Translations under genes and position numbers: made by a program
The notes under the pieces: model-generated
What the model saw: only the letters and a program-made list of their open reading frames with translations
What the model was told of the DNA's origin: nothing
The model's database searches: none
Assembly: GCA_964035545.1 (NCBI GenBank)
Contig: OZ037767.1
Location: 941,680 to 1,005,679, forward strand
DNA length: 64,000 nucleotides
From: Bugula neritina
Lineage: Eukaryota > Animalia > Bryozoa
Direction: 5' to 3'
Shown: positions 53,501 to 64,000 of the stretch, one piece after another
Numbering within the stretch: the first letter of the stretch is position 1
How the letters are laid out: every line of letters starts with the position of its first letter

Positions 53501-56500
53501 ACAGTACTAGTGTACGTACATACAGTACTAGTGTAAGTACATACAGTACAAATGTACATACAGTACAAGTGTACATACATACAGTACTCATATACGTACA
53601 TACAGTACTCATATACGTACATACATAGACTAGTGTACGTACATACAGTACTAGTGTAAGTACATACAGTACAAGTGTACGTACATACAGTACTCATATA
53701 CGTACATACATAGACAAGTACATACAGACATAGAAGAGAGAGATGTGACATGGAGTGATCTTCATGTACTTACGAACACTTTAAATTGGAGATGTTGCAA
53801 ATGAACTTGGACTATGATAATAAGATAAGCTACATAGAACAGTGATATAGTAGCAGCAGCAGTAGAAGGAAAAGTAATAGTAGTAGTAGTACTAGTGGTG
53901 GTGGTAGTGGTGGTGGTAGTGGTACTGGTGGTGGTGGTGGTAGTAGTAGTACTAGTAGTAGTAGTAGTAGTAGTTGTACTAGTAGTAGTTGTAGTAGTAG
54001 TAGTAGTAGTATTAGTAGTAGTAGTAGTAGTAGTACTAGTAGTAGTAGTAGTGGTAGTAGTACTAGTAGTAGTAGTAGTAGTAGTACTAGTAGTAGTACT
54101 AGTACTAGTAGTAGTAGTAGTACTAGTAGTAGTAACTGGTAATAAAACTGAAAGCAAAATGAAATAAAGAGTTGAACTGAACTAAGACTAGAGTTAGAAG
54201 GTCAGTAGGATGCTGACTCTACAAAGGCCAAGAGAATGCTGACTCTACAAAGGTCAGTAGAATGCTGACTCTACAGAAACTCGATCTAGCACTAACACAA
54301 CTTCCTCTCAAAGGAGCTCCTAGCAGAAGAGTAAAAGTTACAACAGCTTATTTCGATGAATCAAATGAAATCAACATAGCTCTGGTTGGCTAGAAGAGGT
54401 TGAGTCGTGTTAGTGATTATTCACAGTGAGTGAGTGAAGAGATCAATGTGATAGACAGATAATCATTGGTGACTGTGGCTAGTGACTACAGGAAATGTAA
54501 ACAACCTGTTACTATGACAACTTACCGAGTATGAGCATGGTGTCTCCCCTGCAAGTGCTCCACTCGTCTATGCGGGGGTACATGAGGGCAGCAAGCACTG
54601 TGACAGCAACCATGACAAAGGGGGCGTACTGGTGCTTCAGCTGAAACTCATCTATCCAATCAAGAGCCGGTATTATGAATATCATCAGTATGGTAGCCAA
54701 ACCTAGCCCGGCCAACACGTCCTAAACAAGAGAGGAGATACAGAGTGTAGGATACAAGTATAACATATACTAAAGGATAAATCATACTCGATTAAAACAA
54801 ATGGTAAAGGTGATGTACTTGTAGCAAAGTCTAGGAGAGATCTCAGTGTCTGGTTGGCGTGGCGCCAGACTTTCTACAACAAGTCTGGTAGTTGTAAGGT
54901 TTCTGAGCCAAGTATCGCAAAACACAAGAGTTATCCCTCTCCAGTGATTTATCTCACTCGTCTTGAGATTGGAAAGAGACATTTTTTCAAGAGCAAAATG
55001 AACATCTTGATAAATGTTATTATTCTTGAATATTGTTTTTACTTTTTTCTCATCAACAAATCCATTTCCGTCTACTCATCGAAACAACATTATATTAAGT
55101 GTTGTAAATATGTATCAGGGTACTCTTTCTAGAACGTGTTTTGGTAAAGTAATAATTATAGGGAGTATAGACTGAACAGCTGATGGAGTCAAACTGGTTA
55201 GCGGATCAGAATATTGTCAAAGTTGTCTTAAAAGCAGAGTGTTATTGACAGTGCTAAGTGTTACAGCAGCCATTTTAGACTATTGTTAGTCTTTGATCCC
55301 CCATTGTGGTGTCACTTGAACTTTAGAGGGTTGAAGTTTGGACTAGAAGCCATTAGAGTTTGGACTGTATGCATCACAATGCCCAGCTTCTCTTAGTGCA
55401 AACATTGCACAAAAATGTTATAAATAGCTTCACTCCCACAAATATTGGGTTAAACACTGGGACTGCTTGTCCCCCCCCCCTTCTACTACTGTGTAGCTAA
55501 GACTAACAGAAACAATGTGAGTAGGGTAGAGATGGGCAAGGTTCAAATCCCCTAGATAACACTCTACTGAGTATGTAAGATAACAACACTCTACTGAGTA
55601 TGTAAGATAACAAGTGATGTACAATGTGGTATAGCAGCTAATGGGTGTTGGATCCATCAAAAACAATTCACTACAATGCTAATTTCATCTGGTGATTTTC
55701 TCTAGCATATCATAACAATTATGAATCATAAATATGATAAATAAAGAGTGAATTAGGAGTTGTCTCCTCATATAGAGTGTACCATAGTGATAATGACATG
55801 CCCCCTTTCCGACTTATACACATTGTTTTATACCAGTCTCTCATGTGTTATGTAGACTTCAGCTGTCCTAGCTTGGTTTGTATGCACTTTTATACTGCTA
55901 CCACAGTACCCTTTTATACTGCTGCTACAGTATCCTTTTATACTGCTGCCAGCAGTATCTTTTCAGTCAGCACAAAGGTGAATATTCTATTATGGGTTTT
56001 AATGAAAAAATTTGTGATATAAAAGTAAACAAAAAGTGAATGGAGTTACACAGGCAGTGGTATGTCCCTATTATATCATTTCCTGCCCTTATGGTAGTTT
56101 ACTGGTGGAAGAGTCAATACCCTGCTGCTATAGTAGTATAGCACAGCCAGACTACTCTACTGCTATAGAGTATAGCATAGCCAGACTACTATACTGCTAT
56201 AGAGTATAGCATAGCCAGACTACTGTACTGCTATAGAGTATAGCACAGCCAGACTACTGTACTGCTATAGAGTATAGCACAGCCAGAATACTATACTGCT
56301 ATAGAGTATAGCACAGCCAGAATACTATACTACTATAGAGTATAGCACAGCCAGACTACTGTACTACTATAGAGTATAGCACAGCCAGACTACTCTACTG
56401 CTATAGAGTATAGCACATCCAGAATGCTATACTGCTATAGAGTATAGCACATCCAGAATGCTATACTGCTATAGAGTATAGCACAGCCAGAGTATTTTAC

Positions 56501-57862
56501 TACTAGGTACTATAGTAATTAGGACTAAGTTCAGACTAAGTCTTTGTAGCAATAAATAACAGATGAATCACTACAAGTGAAAAGTAGTATTGATTCAACA
56601 GATGACCTCACAGGCTTCAGTCAACATGGCTAAGTTCTGTCAATAGTACAATATATTGTATAGAGTAGAGTGTATTATATTATATAGAGTAGAGAGTATA
56701 TTGTATAGAGTATATAGTACAATATATTGTATAGAGTAGAGTGTATTATATTGTATAGAGTAGAGAGTATATTGTATAGAGTAGAGAGTATATTGTATAG
56801 AGTACTATATTATATAGAGTAGAGAGTATATTGTATAGAGTATATAGTACAATATATTATATAGAGTAGAGAATATATTATACAGAATAGAGAGTATATT
56901 ATTATATAGAGTAGAGAGTATATTGTATAGAGTACTATATTATATAGAGTAGAGAGTATATTGTATAGAGTACGATATTATATAGAGTAGAGAATATATT
57001 ATACAGAGTAGAGAGTATATTGTACAGAGTAGAGAGTACAATATATTATATAGAGTAGAGAGTATATTGTATAGAGTACGATATTATATAGAGTAGAGTG
57101 TATTATATTATACAGAATAGAGAGTATTATATTATATAGAGTAGAGAGTATATTGTATAGAGTACGATATTGTATAGAGTAGAGAATATATTATACAGAG
57201 TAGAGAGTATATTGTACAGAGTAGAGAGTACAATATATTATATAGAGTAGAGAGTACATTATATAGAGTAGAGAGCAGACAACTTACAGCCACGCTGTGC
57301 ATACCCAGGTAGAGACGACTGAGACAGACACACAGACACCAGGCCAGGCCGAATGTGATGGCCACCTGGTTGTTCACCTGTAAAGTAGAGTAAACAGTGC
57401 TGTATATATGTATGTACACTGTATGTACACTGTATGTACACTGTATGTACACTGTATGTACACTGTATGTACACTGTATGTACACTGTATGTATGTATGT
57501 ACACTGTATGTACACTGTATGTATGTATGTACACTGTATGTATGTATGTACACTGTATGTATGTATGTACACTGTATGTACACTGTATATACGTATGTAC
57601 ACTGTATGTACACTGTATGTACGTATGTACACTTACTTCATATCTGTTTATACTGAAGTAGATAAACGCCCAGGGAAATGCCAGGCCTATCATAGCGTGG
57701 GTGGAGGGCATCCCATATTCCAGCTCATAGCGCTTTTCCATTCTCACTACAGGCGGGCTGGCTGGTCGTGGCAGCCTACAAAGGGCAATAGAGTGTAAAG
57801 AATATGGGCTAATTTCTCAATAGGTAAATAAACAGTACTAGTACTAGTAGTAGTAGTAGTAC

Positions 57863-57922
<60 letters not shown>

Positions 57923-58683
57923 CAGTAGTACTAGTAGTAGTAGTAATAGTGGTAGTAGTGTCTTGAAGGAATACTAAAGTATATGAGGTAATAGTAATCT
58001 ACATAAACAAACTTGAATACAAGAGGTTGCAGGTAATGTAATGTAATGTAATGTAAATCAATTAATTAATGGCTCCAATAAAAAGAAAATCTATTAATTT
58101 TCTACTCCTATTAGCATAAGCCGTATAAAAGAGCCACTTCTACTGGGAGACAAAGAAATAGTTGTGTTCACCTGATAATGTCCTTGAGCGCCTGACCTAT
58201 GTACATGATGAGACACCAGGTGAGCACCAGCCTGCGACACACGTATCCGTCCACGTTCCAGAACCAGTAGGGGAAGAAGCAGCAGTAGAACATCTCGTTA
58301 CCTAGCCCGGCACCAATGTGGAATAGGTAGTAGAAGAAAGACGACCCAACTTCATAATCTACATCCGTGGAGGAACTGCCGCTCTTACTGGAGGAGGTAC
58401 TAAAGTCACTCGCACTCCTCGTGTGCGTCCTGTACGGCTTCCTGTTTCTAAGATTCCGTTTATGTATGCTACCGTTTGTATGATTGTTATAGTCGTCTAT
58501 CACTGCACTCTTATCAAATATGTGTCCATTTTTACCGGAAAACTCTATGGGTCCATCGGAGTCATCCAGGGTGTCAATTGGGTCGGTTTCTGTCGGGGAC
58601 ACTTTGTACGTTATACCAAAGAACTTCTGGAATTTGGCTACAAGGTGAGGGTCATTGAGAGTTTGGAATAGTTGGGAGGCCAT
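50560..58683 (-). CDS. Sphingosine-1-phosphate phosphatase (SGPP1/2-like, PAP2 superfamily)
   Basis: Exons 58683-58172, 57775-57637, 57377-57288, 54721-54526, 51276-51095, 50766-50560. PAP2 motifs [17 protein letters not shown] and SRLYLGMH, plus SGPP-type [23 protein letters not shown] and VELPYKY. Confidence 0.92.
52757..53090. repeat. ACTCAGTA(G/A)T(G) minisatellite
   Basis: Alternating 10/11-bp units, about 30. Confidence 0.9.
53458..53725. repeat. ~21-bp minisatellite (ACATACAGTACTAGTGTAAGT)
   Basis: About 12 degenerate copies. Confidence 0.88.
53878..54135. repeat. (TAG/TGG)n microsatellite
   Basis: Long GTA/GTG run; source of the poly-T and poly-V ORFs. Confidence 0.95.
56125..56492. 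repeat. 34-bp minisatellite (GCACAGCCAGACTACTGTACTGCTATAGAGTATA)
   Basis: About 11 copies. Confidence 0.93.
56645..57275. repeat. Degenerate TATAGAGTAGAGAGTATATTG minisatellite
   Basis: About 28 variant units adjoining the SGPP donor at 57287. Confidence 0.9.
57405..57632. repeat. GTACACTGTAT minisatellite
   Basis: Fills the SGPP intron 57378-57636. Confidence 0.92.
57834..57960. repeat. (TAG)n microsatellite
   Basis: About 40 triplets. Confidence 0.95.
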
Positions 58684-59061
58684 ACCTGGTGGTCCTGTAA
58701 AGGTAATACAGACAGTATGACTAGTAGCACTTCCATTGTTTACTCACAACCCTGGCTAGCATTCAGTCAATGTACCATCAACTGACACTCTTGGGGGGTT
58801 TTAAATGACATTAGACTGCAAGTGACTTGTGTAGTGACAGTAGACACAATGTACTATGATTCACCAGTCGTTGCCCTTAATAGACTGAGTTCACAGACAC
58901 CAGTACCTGCACATAGCATAGCGCAATATCATGCTGACACAAGTCAACCAGCATGTAAGTAACAGGGGAAATCTAGGATGTGTTTTACGTATGTCAGATA
59001 TTGAGCTGAGATATAGCAGTGAAAGTGTACAACTCCTTCATATCAAAGGGCTGCTACCTTA

Positions 59062-59734
59062 CCCCTCATTCACACTTACCGTATCGTACGCCGTAACAGC
59101 AAAAATAAAATGGCGACGCTGTTGCATTTTGTCAACGGGTGTTCACACATTGCCGTAAAAATACAACGCATGACGTTGAGTTGTGACCAATCATAATGAG
59201 GTTAATTTTTGTCTGCGGTGACTTGGATATTATTTACAAATTATTCGCAACATTCTTATCAAAAGATGTTATATAAATGCTATTTACTAAATAAAAGCAA
59301 TTACATGAAAAGAATCTTTCTTTTAAATATATTCGTTTTTAAAATAATTGTGCAAACTAATTTAAATAATGAATATTTAAGCCGTCCAAATCATTTTTAA
59401 GTTTTTGGTTTGCTTGATTTTGTGATTATGGAAAGCTAGATTTTTAAGCTGAGTTTAATTCAAACAAGCCAGATAAAGATTTTTTAATCTTTTAAAACTT
59501 TTGAATTGATTAAATTAAATCAAAAATAAGCGATTAAAATAAACTAGCGAAAATGTTCTTTAAATTTTAGTACCAGATCAACTCTACCCAATAGGAGCCC
59601 GCCGTGATTTTTTGAATCAAGCACTGCTTGATCAGCGCCGCAACGTATACCGGAGTACGATTTATTCCGGATGTTAACAAGAATCGCTAAAATCTGCTGT
59701 TACGGCGTACGGTACGGTAAGTGTGAATAGGGGG
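59062..59734. mobile_element. MITE, PIF/Harbinger-like (TTA TSD, ~40-bp TIR)
   Basis: Left CCCCTCATTCACACTTACCGTATCGTACGCCGTAACAGCA; right end reverse-complements to CCCCCTATTCACACTTACCGTACCGTACGCCGTAACAGCA. TTA at 59059-59061 and 59735-59737. Confidence 0.87.
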
Positions 59735-62700
59735 TTAGCCTCCCTCCCTCCCACAAAACCTTATCAGGTAAGCATCTCACTAAGCAAACACAAGTGATTC
59801 AAATAGACGCTAAGTGGGCTTATCTCCCTAGCAGATCGTGAAGTTGTAGTAAAACAGCTCACACAGAATACGCGACTTTGGAAGGTAAAAAGGAATGGAT
59901 TTCATGTATTCAGAAGAAAACTGAGTTGTGAAAAACAGCATTAGCGTCCAGTATTATCTGGCTAAGTATATGTAAACACCACATCACAGTGATAGTTAGT
60001 CTCAATGGGGGATAGACACTGGAAGCTGCTATAAACAACTACATGCAGAGTAGTTAGTTGTTCAAATAAGTGTAATAATAGAGTAGATACTAAATACAAG
60101 GTAGAAGGAAACTTGCCAATATAATCAAATGTAAATAAAACCATTAGAGAAGGTGGAGAAGCTATAGCTTGTTGACAAGTGACATTGGCTATAGCGTACA
60201 CTTGAAATCATTGGCTGAAATGATATCCCCACATGAAGTAATTGCTGGAGGAGTTTTGTATGAATTATTGGATTTTTGCCTCTAAGTGAGTGGCATTGCT
60301 ATGGGGAAATTAATTACTTAGTTTACCACAAATAACAGAAAGCAATGTCAACATCAATAATATATTGGAAGTCAAAGTGAAACCTTTACTCAACACTCCT
60401 CACTGCTGGTGAAAATGAAAGAGTACGTGATAATTGCATATTATTTCACATATAAATTAATTTAACAAAATAGAATAGTTCAGGCTGGAAATTAGTTTAT
60501 TGCTAAAAACTAAATCATCAATTCAGATAATAGAATAGTACATTTCCTCACCTTTTAAGTAAAACCTACTTGCCGTTCACAGTAACCGAATAGCTTAGGA
60601 TTGAATTCCTAATTCATTACACAGATAACGTCAATTGGTCATTTAAAGCTAATCAAAACCCAACACTAACTCTAATGTTACTTACACTTTATTTGTAAGT
60701 TAAATAGAGAACTAACTCACTAAACTATTACTACTTCTGTCACTATTACGACTGTTATGATTATCATAATCATAACGAATATAGCCATGAGTCAGATTAG
60801 AGTGATTCCTATAACTAACTGCTACAATAAATAGAATGAAATGCTTTATTACTCACTTTACTAGTCTTACTACAACTTTCAGGAATAGTGATTAAAACTT
60901 ATACCTATTAGGTTTAACAACAATATTATCAAGTTTTATAGTCATAGTGCAACTACAAGTACAACAACTAGTAGTACACAGACTATTCCAATACACTATG
61001 ACTATTACTATATCTACATCTACTAACACAGTTTGAGTTTCAGTTTGAATTACTCTATAGAGTTACTTAATCACAAGTGTAAGCTAACAATGTTTAGCTT
61101 ACAAAGTTAGTACTAGTAGTGTTAGTAATAGTAATACTAATAGTAGCACCTGTACTACTAGATACATCAACGATTTCTAATATAGTAATACGTATAATAT
61201 TATCATTATGATTAACTATCACTTATAATAATACTGATATACTTATAGTCATACTTTAACTTAGTCTTAATCTTATAAGTTATAATCAATGTTATACTTA
61301 TACTTATTGCATAACAGTATAACATTCACATTGACTTATAAGTTATACTTATACTTAACTTATAGCCTCATTAGTAGTACTACCCTTAAACTTAGAGACG
61401 TACAGTATCATATAATCATAGTGATAGTGACACTGACTGTGATAATCATAATGTCATTGTCAATGGTACTCATAACTTATACTTATAGTTATAACTTATA
61501 AGTTATAAGGCTAAGCATACTGGTAGCGGTACTCATACTGACAGTTTGACTTGTCAGTGGCACTCTCAGTCTCATAAGTCAAGATTAGGTAGTACTACTA
61601 GTAGTTCTAAGTTCTTATCCAAGTTGACGTTGAACTTGAAATACAAGTGGTATCTGACTTTTAGTTTTACTCTGTTAGACTTAACAGTTAATGTACTTCA
61701 CTACTAGTACCTGTACAGTGTACTACACTACTAGTAGTAGTACTAGTACTACTTCAACTTGTACTTGTAGTACTAGTAGTAGTTAGTTGGCGTTGCACTC
61801 ACTTTTACTCTTAGTCTTTAGATTTAGTTACACTTACTCTTAGTCTTAGTCTTACACTTACACTTACTGTTAATGTTACTCTTACTCTTAGTCTTAGTGT
61901 TATTGTGTTAGTTTTACTATTACTGTTAGTGTTACTGTTAATGTTATACTTATACTTATAGTTATTCATATTCAATATTCATATTCATATTGCTCAGTCT
62001 GATTCTGAGTCTTACTCTTAGTGATAGTGATAGTCTAAGTCTTACAGTTTGAGTTACTACTTAAAGTTAGTACTTACTTTAACTTTGCTTCTAGTTAATC
62101 CGTGTTATAAAATTAAATATAGGTATTATATAAAATAATTAGTCAAGAATATACTTTGGTTGACTTAATAAAATCTCGTTCAACCTGAATTAATGTGACT
62201 ACAAACATCCAGATGGAGATATTCGCGAGTGCGTAGGCCTGAAGCCACGGAGAGCTCTGTGAATGAACAGCGGTAGTTGGAGATCTATAATAATGCGACC
62301 TCGATTATCGACCAATAAAATGAGCATAATAATATAAAGAAACGCTCAGCCGAACGACCATTCACTTCGATTGACTTTCGCAGATTGGGTTTGAAGATAG
62401 ATTTGCGATGAGAGGAAAATGTCGTTTTCATCGTGTTGTCGTTCGGTGAATTTTATTCGAATACGTTCGTTGTTATTATGAATCTACCTTAATTCTAGCA
62501 TGGCCCTCATCGCTTGAGTAGCTGCCTAAAAAGCCGGTTAACATAATTTCAACAGCTATTGCCAACTAAATTAGAGGAGATAACCCCCTAAAACTTTTTC
62601 AACCCTGCGATTCTGAAACATGGAGAATAATATTACAAGAATAGTTTTCAACTATAGACTAATAAATTCAACCAGTAGTGTTTATTTTATTGTGGTTTTT

Positions 62701-64000
62701 GAAATATAGAATAATTTTGTTTCAATTTTTTCATTCACATAAAGTTGTAAATACCCAAAAAGATGTAAATCGTGGCCAATGCGACCCAATTAATTTACCA
62801 GGGTAGTAAAGAAAATCACAAATTGTGAAAAATATTGTGTCTGTGACCATTAGTTTCTATGGAAACGAGGACAGAGCAATGTATAACTTTACTAATGTAA
62901 GAGAAGTTGAGTCTGCTTATACCATTAGATTAGAGAATGCATTAACAACTCTAAGAAAGAGTATGCAACTTTACCACACTATACTGGAAACATGCCCAAT
63001 AGGAGGAAGCAGCTTAACTATTCTAAAAACTAATACGGAGCAAAATTATTTATAATATTAAAATACAACTGCAGCGTCAAGATGACTTGTCTTTCATAGT
63101 GATATCTGTTTATGTATGCATAAACTTATTTACACCACAGCTTCTCAACAAATACATGTTAGGTATATGATGTGTAAGTTACAACTTGTTTTTAAAAAAG
63201 TGTTTCAATTTCAGACTTTTTTCAGTCTTTTTTGTGTGATAGTGAGAGCAACTCTGTCTTGTTATCAATTATTTATAGTGCAATAATATTATCTTAATTA
63301 TATCTTAACAGCTAGGCTAGCAATTTAATTATGAATAGGCATACGAGAAACATTTTTTATTACCTTATCACACAAAATAATTAACTAGTATTACAGGCAC
63401 CACTGTCTCTATCTTCCATATTGAACACGCTATACTAGTACTATTCTTTGGTTTTATTCTGATCAATGTTTTATATTAATTTATTATCTATTAATAAAAT
63501 TCTTCCCTCTACTCAATTTGAATGCAGCTAATTTTTATCTTGTAAAGGATTGTGCTTGTTTGTATGTAAATATATGGTCTAAACTCTAAACACTGCTCAA
63601 TCAGAGTATGTGGGCCTTCTGCTTCAGTCATAGCTCTATCCTTGAACTTAACTTTAACCCATTACTACTTGGGATGTCACCATTACTATGACGGTAATCA
63701 GGGTGGGATGAGTTGGTGTTTGTCCATGAAGTCAGGTGGGCATGCCATGTCTCATCAACCAATGCTTGCAACATTTCAAAATGATTAAAAAGCGGGAAAA
63801 AAGTTCACATCATGCTATTGACTCCACCCGCAATGTTAAAATTGTGCTAAAATCTTACTACAATAAACAAAACTTGCCCATGAATTTATACTATTGGTAG
63901 GGCATAGCTTACACGATGAGCTGCGAGTTTATTGGCTACTCTAATGACGAGTTGCAAGTTTATTGGTTAAAATTTTTCACTCCAGCAACAGACAAAATAA

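Noticed and set aside
55510-55560. B-box-like GGTTCAAATCCC
   Set aside because: No convincing A-box or SINE body around it.
62200-64000. GC-richer patches and ORF 62825-63055
   Set aside because: No recognisable protein motif, TIR pair or splice chain.

Overview
AT-rich, intron-rich animal genomic DNA (probably an invertebrate; an inference from gene content, GT-AG introns and repeats), not prokaryotic. Most long ORFs in the supplied track are translations of minisatellites. Manual exon chaining supports six protein-coding genes: an Rh-type ammonium transporter (+, 5'-partial), ADAM10/Kuzbanian (+), two tandem SLC5/SGLT-like sodium:solute symporters (+), MAX (-) and a sphingosine-1-phosphate phosphatase (SGPP, -). 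Mobile DNA includes tRNA-derived SINEs (one with a 14-bp TSD), three MITEs with TIRs and TSDs, a TIR-only hairpin and a decayed MULE transposase. Many introns carry their own minisatellite. The most unusual structure is a ~1.2-kb fold-back (48521-49715) whose arms are ~150-bp tandem units carrying tRNA-like A/B boxes that point inward. It sits in the predicted intron between two cryptic minus-strand exons that could give SGPP an alternative C-terminus ending KTEL. Exon coordinates were read by eye and may be off by a few bases.
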